Positions 53,406-63,916 of a DNA stretch of 64,000 nucleotides are shown here, piece after piece. A model generated the notes under the pieces. That model was not told the origin of the DNA, did no database searches, and was given only the letters and a program-made list of their open reading frames with translations. Location: assembly GCA_963729045.1 (NCBI GenBank), contig CAVSMN010000007.1:32001-96000 (forward strand). Direction: 5' to 3'. How positions within the stretch are numbered: the stretch's first letter is position 1; each line of letters starts with the position of its first letter. Both the position numbers and the translations under genes were made by a program. This DNA is from an uncultured Nitrososphaeraceae archaeon. Lineage in GTDB: Archaea; Thermoproteota; Nitrososphaeria; Nitrososphaerales; Nitrososphaeraceae.

Positions 53406-53575
53406 ATATTTCCACTTCTTATGCGGAAATCTGATTAGAAAATACAAAAGTTCCTCATTTTATTATTATTTGTATATCTTAAATTTTCATCTTAAAATAG
53501 ACTTAAATTGGGATAACTTTGAGAGAATTATTTATACTTGGATGAATTATTCTTTTGTTATTGGGTGCGTATGAA

Positions 53576-54046
53576 ATGAGTGAAAAAATTAAGTTATCTC
53601 CAGATGAATTTCGATTATTATCGTTATTTCAGACAGTCACGGCCGCAGATGCCCGGGACTGTATAATTGATGAAAAGATGGAACGTGTAATTTTTGTTGT
53701 AAACAGAGGACAAATGGGAATGGCAATTGGCAAAGGGGGCTCCAATATTAAGCAGTTACAGAACGTGATTAATAAGAAAATAGAATTGGTCGAACATTCT
53801 GAGAATCCAACTGATTTTGTCAAGAATATTTTCAATTCAAATATTATTCAAGAAATTCGTATAAACGATCGTATGGATGGAACCAAAATAGCCTTAGTTG
53901 TTGCAGATGCAAAGAAAAAGGGACTAGTCGTTGGTAAGGATGGAAGGAATGTAGACAAAGCCCGACTACTTGCAAAGAGATATTTCAATATTACGAATGT
54001 CCTGGTTGTTAGTCCGGAACAATTAATTAAAAGTGAAAAGATGTGA
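53576..54046 (+). CDS. nusA: archaeal NusA
   Basis: GMAIGKGGSNIK and GLVVGKDGRNV KH motifs. Confidence 0.93.
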   Translation: MSEKIKLSPDEFRLLSLFQTVTAADARDCIIDEKMERVIFVVNRGQMGMAIGKGGSNIKQLQNVINKKIELVEHSENPTDFVKNIFNSNIIQEIRINDRMDGTKIALVVADAKKKGLVVGKDGRNVDKARLLAKRYFNITNVLVVSPEQLIKSEKM

Positions 54047-54052
54047 TATTTA

Positions 54053-54490
54053 TTGAGTAAATCACCGTTAGGATTATTCTCGGGTAGAGTTTTAAAAACC
54101 AAACGAAAGCGCTCCCGATGGTCAAACAAGTATTATAAACGTAGAATGTTGATGTTAGATAAGAAAGCTAATCCGTTGGAGGGTGCTCCACAAGCCAGAG
54201 GTATTGTTTTAGAAAAGGTCGGAATTGAATCAAAACAGCCTAATTCTGCAGTCCGAAAATGTGTGCGGGTGCAATTAATAAAAAATGGAAAATCAATTAC
54301 TGCATTTTTGCCCCGAGACGGTGCATTAAACTTTGTAGATGAACACGATGAAGTAGTCTTGGAAGGGATAGGCGGCTCAATGGGTGGTGCAATGGGTGAT
54401 ATCCCCGGAGTTAGATGGCAAGTATTCAAAGTTAATGGTGTGTCTCTAAATCAATTGGTAAGAGGAAAGAAGGAGAAACCAAGGCGATAA
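54053..54490 (+). CDS. rps12: 30S ribosomal protein S12
   Basis: [25 protein letters not shown]. Confidence 0.97.
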   Translation: MSKSPLGLFSGRVLKTKRKRSRWSNKYYKRRMLMLDKKANPLEGAPQARGIVLEKVGIESKQPNSAVRKCVRVQLIKNGKSITAFLPRDGALNFVDEHDEVVLEGIGGSMGGAMGDIPGVRWQVFKVNGVSLNQLVRGKKEKPRR

Positions 54491-54492
54491 CA

Positions 54493-55101
54493 ATGAGTGG
54501 AAAAGAACAAGTAAATATGCTCCTATTTAACAAATGGGATACAAGAAATATTGAAATAGTTGATGAAGGTCTGAAAAATGTAATCCATTTACATCCCTCA
54601 ATGACAATACCGGTAACATTTGGACGTCATGAGCATCAACGATTGAAAAAAGCAGAGGTCAACATTATTGAACGACTGGTCAACAAACTTATGCATTTTG
54701 GAAAAAGATATGCTAAAAATACGGGACGAATGGGTGGTAAAAAGACAAAGGTTATGAACGTTGTAAAAACTGCACTCGAAATCATATCAATAGAAACCGG
54801 TAAGAATCCTGTAGAATTACTCATAAGGGCGATAGAAAATGCCGCTCCAAATGAAGATACTACCAGAATAGTATATGGTGGTGTGGTTTATCATGTTTCA
54901 GTTGATGTTTCACCTTTAAGAAGAGTGGACCTAGCTTTGAGATTCATTGCCGAGGGAGTGCGCGAGTCGACTTATTCTTCACCTCAAGCAATGGAAGAGG
55001 TACTTGCCAGAGAAATAATGTTAGCCTCTGAGAACGACATGAACAGTTATGCAATAAAAAAGAAAAATGAGCAGGAAAGGATTGCAATGTCATCTAGATG
55101 A
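54493..55101 (+). CDS. rps7: 30S ribosomal protein S7
   Basis: IIERLVNKLM, AIENAAPNED, VDVSPLRRVDLAL, ERIAMSSR. Confidence 0.96.
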   Translation: MSGKEQVNMLLFNKWDTRNIEIVDEGLKNVIHLHPSMTIPVTFGRHEHQRLKKAEVNIIERLVNKLMHFGKRYAKNTGRMGGKKTKVMNVVKTALEIISIETGKNPVELLIRAIENAAPNEDTTRIVYGGVVYHVSVDVSPLRRVDLALRFIAEGVRESTYSSPQAMEEVLAREIMLASENDMNSYAIKKKNEQERIAMSSR

Positions 55102-55142
55102 TTACAAACTATCGATTTCTATCATTTATTTAGTGACATTCA

Positions 55143-56270
55143 ATGAGTGGAAAAGATGACTATATTTTTAGAAAACAGAATTTATTGACAACCCAATCCG
55201 GGAGAAAGATTTTTAAAAGTGGCTTGATCAGGGACAAAAAATATACTTCATTCAAATTTTATCTTAATAAGTCAAAGAAGGAATATGATGGCTTTGTTCA
55301 AAGATACAAAGATGGTATATATGGATTAATAAAGTCTGATAATTCTCCCATCCAGACACACAGGGATTTCATAAAGGAGATTGGTGGCACTCATGAATTA
55401 GAGCTTTCCTCCCAAGAAATTGAAACTCTGAAGTTGAAGTTGGAAGATCCGGCTGATTTGTTTGACCGGATAAATAGAATACTTAATTCTAATTTCATAA
55501 AAATGACTTTTCCCGTATTTTATGCTCTTTTTGATGGATATGCTGAGAGTACGGGCTTAAACGATGACAAAATGAGAAATAATGTGATAGATGGACATTT
55601 GATTGCCATTGATTTGAGTGAGCCTATGGATAGGATTTTGGATAGAGATGAAGACCTTGATTATCTTGAAGACTACAAATTTATTAATCCGTACATACTT
55701 TTATTGGCAAAACAAAAGATAAGTGAAACAGCACCTGGAGTATTGGAAGAATTTCAATCTGGTTTTGATGACGCACTTTTAGGTCAACAAATCGATTATG
55801 AATTGAAAACCAAAAAACTTGAACTTACGTATGACAATTTAGAACGAAGTTACAAGAAATACCGATCAGTGCTCGGAACTGCCGGTAGAAATATGAGTCT
55901 TAATCAAAGGCCCTTGTCAGAAATTTATTATATAGGTATGGCAAAAGCTGCAGAGTGCGTTGGGTGTGGGAATGAGATCCAAGATGCAATTGTTACTAAG
56001 GGAATCAAGTCACCGTCGTGGCCTCTTTTTTATTCAAACCTTACTCATGATGTAAAATCAGGATTCAGGTTAACCTTGGAGAAGAGTAAAGCATATTTAT
56101 CTGAGGCATCATTGGCTTTAGAAATGCTAGATAATGATATAAAGATAAAGCCCTTTCTCGAATTTTTGTTCCTGACAGTTAGTCATTATAATGAATTCTG
56201 GTATAGGGAGCTTGTAACTAAAAGAGCCGATCTTCTACGTAAATTTCAGAACGAATTAGATAAAAAATAA
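55143..56270 (+). CDS. hypothetical protein, possible terpenoid synthase/trans-prenyltransferase fold
   Basis: 375-aa helical ORF with DRILDRDED, GQQID, GCGNEIQDA and GIKSPSWP in the order expected for isoprenyl diphosphate synthases. The fold call is inference. Confidence 0.6.
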   Translation: MSGKDDYIFRKQNLLTTQSGRKIFKSGLIRDKKYTSFKFYLNKSKKEYDGFVQRYKDGIYGLIKSDNSPIQTHRDFIKEIGGTHELELSSQEIETLKLKLEDPADLFDRINRILNSNFIKMTFPVFYALFDGYAESTGLNDDKMRNNVIDGHLIAIDLSEPMDRILDRDEDLDYLEDYKFINPYILLLAKQKISETAPGVLEEFQSGFDDALLGQQIDYELKTKKLELTYDNLERSYKKYRSVLGTAGRNMSLNQRPLSEIYYIGMAKAAECVGCGNEIQDAIVTKGIKSPSWPLFYSNLTHDVKSGFRLTLEKSKAYLSEASLALEMLDNDIKIKPFLEFLFLTVSHYNEFWYRELVTKRADLLRKFQNELDKK

Positions 56271-56303
56271 TTTTTAGTTTAAAGAGATAGGCTGTAAGAA
56301 ATA

Positions 56304-57545
56304 ATGTGGGTAGAAAAATACCGAGTAAATGAATTTGACAGTTTTTTTGGGAATGAAAAATCAAGACTTCTAATCATAAATTGGCTAAAAAAGTGGATTA
56401 AGGGCACAAAACCACTTCTAATCATAGGACCTCCAGGGACTGGAAAGACTTCGTTCATAAAATCATTAGCTAAATTGCAAGATCTTGATTTGATTGAACT
56501 TAATGCAAGTGACCTTCGGAATAAACTTAATCTGGAGGCTATAATCAATCCGATCCTTCTAAACAGTAGTATTTTTGGAAAGCGGATGCTATTGTTTTTA
56601 GATGAGGTAGATGGCATCTCAGGAAGGGATGATTATGGTGGAATGCCATTCTTGTCAAACATATTAAAGATTGCTGATGTTCCGATAATTATGGCCTCCA
56701 ATTCAAAGAGTTATAAAATGAAAGAGATCATAAAAAATAGTAAGCTTGTTGAATTTAGACCCTTGTCGTCATTTGCAAGTTATATGTTGCTCCAAAATGT
56801 CATGAGGATGGAGAGAAAGCATTTAGAAAGTTCGGAGCAGTTTAAGATTATTAGTCAAAGTCGTGGCGATGCCAGGACCCTTTTGAATACTTTGCAAGCA
56901 AAGCTGGAAGGAGAAGTAGATTCAGATGGTAACACCGGTACTGAATTATCAATTGAAGAGTGTATTAACAAATTTTTTACTCTAACTGACATTTCACAAG
57001 CAAAACAATTATTGATAACATCCTCAATTCGTTACTCAACTCCAAAATACGGCTTTACCTCAGAGGAACGTAGCAAAGATTTCATAAATGCTTTGTATAC
57101 TAGCATTATTAGCAGTGAGAGAAATATACCATCAGATGATTTGGCAAATATGCTAGAAAAGCTTTCTGAGATTGATTTATTTATAAACCGGATTTATGAA
57201 AAACGAAATTGGAGCTTACTAAGATATGCCAACGACTTGTTCCTCCACAAATTATTTAGTATTAGTAGAGATAAGGCTATAGAATATAACCAATATTCCG
57301 TTCCCTTCTCATCAATGGGTCCAATATTTATGAGGGGGCAATCATTAAGACCTCTTAGAACAGAACTATCAAAGATTTTTCATACAAGCGTATCAAAAAT
57401 TGGTCTTTTCTATTATTCCAACTTCATTGTGATTCTGAAAAATCTAGCGATTCAAGATCTTGATTTTGATAGTCCTGATAACTTAAAGTTAAATGAAGTC
57501 ATAAACAAGGAAATTGAAAAACAATCAAACAAAACAAAACTTTAA
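56304..57545 (+). CDS. rfcL: replication factor C large subunit
   Basis: MWVEKYR, GPPGTGKT, ELNASDLR, LDEVDG, GDAR. Confidence 0.88.
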   Translation: MWVEKYRVNEFDSFFGNEKSRLLIINWLKKWIKGTKPLLIIGPPGTGKTSFIKSLAKLQDLDLIELNASDLRNKLNLEAIINPILLNSSIFGKRMLLFLDEVDGISGRDDYGGMPFLSNILKIADVPIIMASNSKSYKMKEIIKNSKLVEFRPLSSFASYMLLQNVMRMERKHLESSEQFKIISQSRGDARTLLNTLQAKLEGEVDSDGNTGTELSIEECINKFFTLTDISQAKQLLITSSIRYSTPKYGFTSEERSKDFINALYTSIISSERNIPSDDLANMLEKLSEIDLFINRIYEKRNWSLLRYANDLFLHKLFSISRDKAIEYNQYSVPFSSMGPIFMRGQSLRPLRTELSKIFHTSVSKIGLFYYSNFIVILKNLAIQDLDFDSPDNLKLNEVINKEIEKQSNKTKL

Positions 57546-57583
57546 ACAATGGATCTGGTTCTCATACTTAAATAGATTCTACA

Positions 57584-58037
57584 ATGGACAAGGATCCTTT
57601 ACTAGCCCGTGATTGGATAAAGATGACTATGAAATTTCCAGGGTTTTGTTTAATTTGCAAACAGAGGATCAACCCCGGAGTAAGTGGGTTATTGGTCTAG
57701 GACAGCTAAATCAATCCTCCATGAAGATTGTTATAATCTTTCTGGTCTTCATGCTAAAAAGAATCAAGATTCGTTAAACAACAATCCGGTTCAGAGCAAA
57801 AATAATGGGGACAACCTACTCGCCGACTTTATCACCCAACGAGAAAATAAGGAAAAGTGTTTCATTTGCGGTAGTCAGATAGATTTTCAAGAGAGTTTGA
57901 TATTGACACTATTAAAACTTGAACGAAATATTAGTACTATTGAAACAATTTTTTGTTCAACGTGCTTATCTCGCTCAGATCTTCATATATTTGAAGAATA
58001 CAAGCATGCCTTCTCAAAAAATTTAAAATCCGGTTAG
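57584..58037 (+). CDS. putative Zn-binding hypothetical protein (frameshift ~57681)
   Basis: ATG 57584 gives WIKMTMKFPGFCLICKQRINPG. One extra base joins it to EVGYW..HEDC...CFICG...FCSTC. Confidence 0.7.
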
Positions 58038-58104
58038 CATAGTCTATTTTACGCTTTTAAAAAGATTAAAATGTATAATCCTATACGATATGAACTAGTG
58101 ATAT

Positions 58105-58335
58105 ATGTTGTCAAGTGAATATGAATATAATGTTAGTAAGCTCTTGGCAGAAAAAGTAAAAAGATTACAAGATTTGCAAAATTCAGATAAATCTTCTAAT
58201 TATGAAAAAGATTTCTTAAGGATGGAAATCGAAACCCTTGAATCCTTATATGAAAATTACAACCTTGGTTTGAATTATTTTAGACGGGCTAAGGGAGGCA
58301 GGAATGGGTTACGTGAACTTCGAGAAAAGGACTAA
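58105..58335 (+). CDS. hypothetical protein
   Basis: 76-aa ORF with ATG start, filling the intergenic gap. Confidence 0.6.
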   Translation: MLSSEYEYNVSKLLAEKVKRLQDLQNSDKSSNYEKDFLRMEIETLESLYENYNLGLNYFRRAKGGRNGLRELREKD

Positions 58336-58422
58336 ATAAATCCGCATGGTTCATAAAATGAATCAGCAATTATTCAAAGCAAAATCTATATTTAATACTA
58401 TAAAGGATTAAAAACATAATAT

Positions 58423-59967
58423 ATGCGTGAGGAAAAACTAAAACAATATTACGACCGAAAACACAGTGCTGAAGCAGGTGGAGGTCCAGATAAAGTTGAA
58501 TCTCAGCATTCCAAGGGGAAGCTAACTGCGAGAGAGCGCATAAATCTTTTATTAGATCCAAATACATTTACTGAAATTGACAAATTTGTAACTCATCGAG
58601 GTGATGACCCTGAAGTAAAAAAATATTACGGTGATGGTTTGATAACTGGTTTTGGCACCATTAACGGTAGAAAAGTGTTCATCTACGTTTATGATTTTAC
58701 TGTTTTGGGTGGTTCATTAGGAGAAATGGCTGGAAAAAAGGTATCTAAAGTTATGACACACGCACTAAAGGTGGGATGTCCTATTATTGGTATTCTTGAT
58801 TCAGGCGGGGCAAGGATCCAAGAGGGTGTATCAAGTCTAGATGGCTATGGTGATATTTTTCTCAAGAATGCTCTTGCTTCGGGTGTTATACCTCAAATAA
58901 CTGCTAGTATTGGACCGTGCGCTGGTGGAGCTGTGTATTCTCCAGCGATGACAGATTTTGTTATAATGGTTGAAAATATAGGACAAATGTTTGTGACAGG
59001 ACCAGAAGTTGTAAAAGAAGTCCTTAGTCAAGAAGTTACCTTCGAGGATTTGGGAGGTGCTAGAACTCATGCTACAAAATCAGGAGTTGCACATTTCGTA
59101 GCGAAGGACGAGGTTGACTGTATGGATAAGATTAAAACATTGCTCTCTTACCTTCCTCAAAATAATAAAGAAGAACCCGAAATTTTAGCAGATGATGTTG
59201 ACGACCCTAACCGTCTGGATACTAATTTGATAAATGTATTGCCTGACAATCCATATCAATCTTATGATATGAAGGAAATCATTGCTGCTATTGTTGATAA
59301 TGGTAATTTCTTCGAAGTTCACGAACTCTTTGCAGAAAACATAGTGGTTGGATTTGCAAGGATGGGTGGTAGGTCTGTAGGTATCATTGCAAATCAGCCT
59401 TTATTTTTAGCAGGTGCATTGGATATACACTCTTCTAATAAGGCTGCAAGATTTGTTAGATTTTGTGATTCATTTAATATTCCTATAATTACGCTTGTAG
59501 ATACCCCTGGATATTTACCGGGAGCTGATCAAGAACACAATGGAATTATCAGGCATGGAAGTAAACTTTTATTCGCATATTGTGAGGCAACTGTTCCAAA
59601 AATTACTTGTATTATCGGCAAAGCATATGGAGGAGCTTATATTGCGATGGGCAGTAAGAATCTTGGTACAGATTTGAACATCGCATGGCCAACAGCTGAA
59701 ATCGCAGTGCTAGGGCCAGAAGCAGCCATTACTATTATACATAGGAAAAGTCTAAAAGATTCTCCTGATGCAGCAAGCAAAAAGAAAAGTTTGGCAAAAG
59801 AGTATCGAAACAAGTTTGCAAACCCATACATTGCTGCAGAAAGAGGAACAATTGATTCTGTTATTGATCCTATGGAAACCAGACCATTAATAATAAGCGC
59901 CCTCAACGCCCTTTCTAACAAAAAAGAGAGTAGACCATGGAAAAAGCATGGGAATATCAATTTGTAG
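58423..59967 (+). CDS. pccB: acetyl/propionyl-CoA carboxylase carboxyltransferase subunit
   Basis: GKLTARERI, DSGGARIQEG, GPCAGGAVYSP, DTPGYLPG, KKHGNINL. Confidence 0.95.
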   Translation: MREEKLKQYYDRKHSAEAGGGPDKVESQHSKGKLTARERINLLLDPNTFTEIDKFVTHRGDDPEVKKYYGDGLITGFGTINGRKVFIYVYDFTVLGGSLGEMAGKKVSKVMTHALKVGCPIIGILDSGGARIQEGVSSLDGYGDIFLKNALASGVIPQITASIGPCAGGAVYSPAMTDFVIMVENIGQMFVTGPEVVKEVLSQEVTFEDLGGARTHATKSGVAHFVAKDEVDCMDKIKTLLSYLPQNNKEEPEILADDVDDPNRLDTNLINVLPDNPYQSYDMKEIIAAIVDNGNFFEVHELFAENIVVGFARMGGRSVGIIANQPLFLAGALDIHSSNKAARFVRFCDSFNIPIITLVDTPGYLPGADQEHNGIIRHGSKLLFAYCEATVPKITCIIGKAYGGAYIAMGSKNLGTDLNIAWPTAEIAVLGPEAAITIIHRKSLKDSPDAASKKKSLAKEYRNKFANPYIAAERGTIDSVIDPMETRPLIISALNALSNKKESRPWKKHGNINL

Positions 59968-59979
59968 ATAGGTGATTGG

Positions 59980-61488
59980 ATGTCAAAACAAATAACCAGT
60001 ATATTGATTGCAAACCGTGGAGAGATCGCCCTAAGAATCATTAGAGCCTGCAAGGAACTTGAAATAAAGTCAGTTTCTGTATATTCGGATGAAGATAAGA
60101 ATTCTATCCATGTTAAACGAGCTGATGAGGCATATCATATTGGACCCGCAGCTCCTGCTCAAAGTTACCTGAACATGAACCGCATTATGGAAGTTGCTGC
60201 AAAAGCAGGGGTGGACGCGATACATCCAGGATATGGATTTCTTTCAGAAAATGAAACTTTTGCTGAATTATGTGAGAAGAACAATATTATTTTCATCGGG
60301 CCAAAGAGTCTAGCTATGGAGCTGACTGGAGATAAAATGAAGTGTAAGCGCATAATGAAACAGGCTGAAGTTCCCACAGTTCCGGGTAGTGAAGGAGTTA
60401 TTGATGACGTTGATAAAGCAGTCGAAATTGCAAATGAAGCTGGATACCCAGTTTTACTAAAATCTGCATACGGTGGGGGTGGACGCGGTATCAGACTTGC
60501 GAAGGACGAAAAAGAGTTGAGGCAAGAATTTGAAATGGCTTCAGCAGAGTCGAAAGCTGCGTTTGGCAAGGCGGCTTTATTTGTGGAAAAGTTTCTGGAG
60601 AAAATTCGCCATATTGAATTTCAATTGGTTAGGGATTCCCACGGTAACACCAGACATTTGTTTGAACGAGAATGTTCCATTCAAAGAAGACATCAAAAAT
60701 TAATTGAGATGTCTCCCTCTCCTATAATGACCTCTGAAAAGAGAAATGAAATTGGGGAGATAGCAAAGAGAGCTGCTGATGCAGTTGACTATCTAAATGC
60801 GGGAACAGCAGAATTTCTGTGCGATCCTCAAGGCAATTATTACTTTATTGAGATTAATTCTAGATTGCAGGTTGAACATCCTGTAACCGAGCTTGTTACG
60901 GGCCTAGATTTGGTAAAATTGCAAATATCGATTGCAAATGGCGAACCAATCCCCTTTAAGCAACATGATCTCGCATTTCATGGAGCCGCAATAGAATGTC
61001 GTATTAATGCAGAAGATCCATTCTATGACTTTGCACCTTCAGTAGGTAAAGTACCTTATTGCAATTTGCCATATGGCCCAGGCATACGTGTGGATACTTA
61101 TTTGTATCCTGGATGCACCGTATCAGGCTTTTATGACTCTTTAACCGCTAAGCTAATATCTTGGGGATCATCATTTGATGAATCGCGTCGAAGAATGAGA
61201 AATGCGTTAGATGAGTTCATGATTGAGGGAATAAATACTACTATCCCATTGTACAAAACAATAATGAATGATGAACACTTTATTAATGGTGATTTGTCAA
61301 CAGATTACCTTGATAGGTATTCTATCATAGAGAAAATGAGAAAAGAATTAAAGGCTAAGAATTCTGATAGACAAAATAGACTATTACCGGCGGTTGCATC
61401 TGCGATCATTCAAACCGAAAATGTGAAACGTCCCACTAAAAGGGATCATTCTGTTCAGAATATCTGGAAATTTGGCGGAGTTGCTTGA
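59980..61488 (+). CDS. accC: biotin carboxylase
   Basis: IANRGEIA, HPGYGFLSEN, GGGGRG, ERECSIQRRHQK, RLQVEH, ECRINAED. Confidence 0.96.
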   Translation: MSKQITSILIANRGEIALRIIRACKELEIKSVSVYSDEDKNSIHVKRADEAYHIGPAAPAQSYLNMNRIMEVAAKAGVDAIHPGYGFLSENETFAELCEKNNIIFIGPKSLAMELTGDKMKCKRIMKQAEVPTVPGSEGVIDDVDKAVEIANEAGYPVLLKSAYGGGGRGIRLAKDEKELRQEFEMASAESKAAFGKAALFVEKFLEKIRHIEFQLVRDSHGNTRHLFERECSIQRRHQKLIEMSPSPIMTSEKRNEIGEIAKRAADAVDYLNAGTAEFLCDPQGNYYFIEINSRLQVEHPVTELVTGLDLVKLQISIANGEPIPFKQHDLAFHGAAIECRINAEDPFYDFAPSVGKVPYCNLPYGPGIRVDTYLYPGCTVSGFYDSLTAKLISWGSSFDESRRRMRNALDEFMIEGINTTIPLYKTIMNDEHFINGDLSTDYLDRYSIIEKMRKELKAKNSDRQNRLLPAVASAIIQTENVKRPTKRDHSVQNIWKFGGVA

Positions 61489-61494
61489 AATAGA

Positions 61495-62007
61495 ATGGAA
61501 ATAAAGGTTAATGATATACAAGAAGAATTTGAAGGTAAAATTATAGGTTTTGATAAGGACGGTAATTTAGTTGTCCAAATTAATGGATCAGATCACCTCA
61601 TAAAGGTATTAGATATGAAATCAGATAAATTTGAATTCTTGTTTGACAATGCTTTCCATGAAATTAAGATTCTTGAAGTCACAAGTACAGAATTAAAGAT
61701 ATTATTAGATGGGCAATCAATGTCGCTCAAGAAACATGCAAAATTAACTGAAATAATTGAAAAATCAAGAGCCAATACAGGAGGTGCCACTTCCCTTAAT
61801 ACAATATCCAGTCAGATACCGGGAAGGGTTATATCAATTTCAGTAAATAAAGGTGATGCTGTCAAACAGGGGGATAATATTGTGGTTTTGGAATCTATGA
61901 AAATGCAAGTTGCCATCAAGTCGCCTAGAGATGGGACGGTAAGAGATCTCAAAGTTAAAGAAGGTCAGAGTATATCAAGAAATGATGTTGTAGCAATTCT
62001 TGATTAA
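61495..62007 (+). CDS. accB: biotin carboxyl carrier protein
   Basis: LESMKM biotinylation motif. Confidence 0.93.
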   Translation: MEIKVNDIQEEFEGKIIGFDKDGNLVVQINGSDHLIKVLDMKSDKFEFLFDNAFHEIKILEVTSTELKILLDGQSMSLKKHAKLTEIIEKSRANTGGATSLNTISSQIPGRVISISVNKGDAVKQGDNIVVLESMKMQVAIKSPRDGTVRDLKVKEGQSISRNDVVAILD

Positions 62008-62078
62008 CATACCCATTTTCTTGTCTATAGTTACCGCACTTGATTAATCATTTTAACAAATTAAAGAAAATCTGATTT

Positions 62079-62591
62079 TTATGCGATTATGGTCTTGATT
62101 TCTTCATAATTGGGTTCGATAAGGGGGTTGTCTGTTACCCATTTGTATACTATCTTATGGTTGTTATTGTCCACAATGAATATGGATCTTTTAGCTACTT
62201 TGAAATCTCTTAATTTACCTAAACTAGGCATCACAACATTGTATTGTTCGATTACTTCTCTATTATAGTCGCTTAAAACTGGAAAGTTTAGGTTATGGTG
62301 TTCAGCAAAAACTTTATTTGCAAAAGGACTATCAACCGATATTCCCAAGATAATTATGTTTTCTTTTTTTAAGCTACTAAGAGTATCTCTGAAATTGCAC
62401 ATTTCCACGGTACAGACTGGAGAACCTGCGGCCGGAAAGAAAGCCAAGATTGTCAACCCTTCTTTATTGGCTGATAATTTATGAACTTCCTGATTCGTGT
62501 CTAAAAGCTCAAAGTCTGGTGCCTTATCGCCCACATTCATATTCTTGCTATTAGTTTCACTATTCAAATTATTTTTCTGGTTCGAAGACAT
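62079..62591 (-). CDS. peroxiredoxin (BCP/PrxQ-like)
   Basis: GDKAPDF, FFPAAGSPVCTVEMC, GISVDS, KRSIFIVD. Confidence 0.9.
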   Translation of the reverse strand: MSSNQKNNLNSETNSKNMNVGDKAPDFELLDTNQEVHKLSANKEGLTILAFFPAAGSPVCTVEMCNFRDTLSSLKKENIIILGISVDSPFANKVFAEHHNLNFPVLSDYNREVIEQYNVVMPSLGKLRDFKVAKRSIFIVDNNNHKIVYKWVTDNPLIEPNYEEIKTIIA

Positions 62592-62706
62592 ATTATGATA
62601 ATATGTGATTAGCATTAAAAAGAACCTTTCTATATTACTATCAGCAATTTAAGGCATAACCATTATTTAGAATGCTATGCAGAAGATATAGCCATACACC
62701 TTTGCT

Positions 62707-63916
62707 TTATACAAAAACATCCCCGTTTATTTTTCTAAATTCTATGATTAGATTTTTTAAAGTATCAACAGCAATTTTCAATTCCTCTAGAGTATTTTGG
62801 TATCCTATGGAAAACCTTATCGAACCACTTACCTGATCAAAAGTCAAACCTAGAGCTTTTAGAACATGAGATTCTTTTTGTTTCTTGTTTGAAGAACAAG
62901 CAGAACCTGTAGAAGCCTCGATACCATATTCATCTAGTTTTATCAACAAGTTTTCTCCATTTATTCCAGGAAAAGAAAAGTTAACATTGTTAGAAATTCG
63001 ATTCTCAATTGATCCATTTAATATGGACCCTGGTATTTCATTGATTATTCTGTAAATCATGTATCTCTGAAGTTCCTTAATTTTGATTTGGGCGGATTCT
63101 AGTTTCTCTTTCCAAATTTCGCATGCTTTGCCAAAGCCAACAATGGCACTTACATTCTCTGTTCCTGATCTCAGATTCATTTCTTGTCCACCACCAAAAA
63201 TTATCGGCTTAATATGCATTCCTTGTTTTATGAATAGCGCTCCGATCCCTTTTGGCCCATTTATCTTATGAGATGAAATCGTCATCATGTCTATTTTCAA
63301 GTCATTAACATTTATTGGAATCTTGCCAAGGGCTTGGACTGCATCTGAATGAAAAATAGTGTTATTATTTTTTGCTTTTGCAATTTCAACCATAGATTCT
63401 GATGGGTTGAATAGTTCCTATCTCGTTATTTGCTAGCATTATACTAATCAAACTGGTTTTTGGTGATACCAATTCCCTAAAAATATCTAAATCAATCAAT
63501 CCATCATTCTTTATGGGTACATAATCTACCTCAAATTCCATATCCTTCTCTATGAATTTAATAGTCTCTATTATTGAATCATGTTCTATTTTGGATATCA
63601 ATAATCTTTTACTTGTTGGTTTTAGAGTGGATATCAGTCTAGCACATCCGATCAGGGCCAAGTTATTAGATTCAGTCCCACCAGAGGTAAAATAAATTTC
63701 GTTAGATTTGGAGCCGATTAATTTAGATATCCGTACTCGGGCCTTAGAAATGGCGATAGTAGACTTTCTACCCAACCCATGAAGTGATGAAGGGTTACCA
63801 TAGAAACTGGTTAAAAATGGCAGCATTTCATTTATTACATTAACGTCAATCGGAGAGGAAGATGCATTATCCAGATAAATGGGTTCCTTGGTTTTAGTAC
63901 GATTATTTTTTGACAT
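62707..63916 (-). CDS. iscS: cysteine desulfurase IscS/NifS (frameshift ~63400)
   Basis: IYLDNASSSP, FTSGGTESNN, ANNEIGTIQP, HSDAVQA, SSHK, STGSACSS. Confidence 0.93.
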
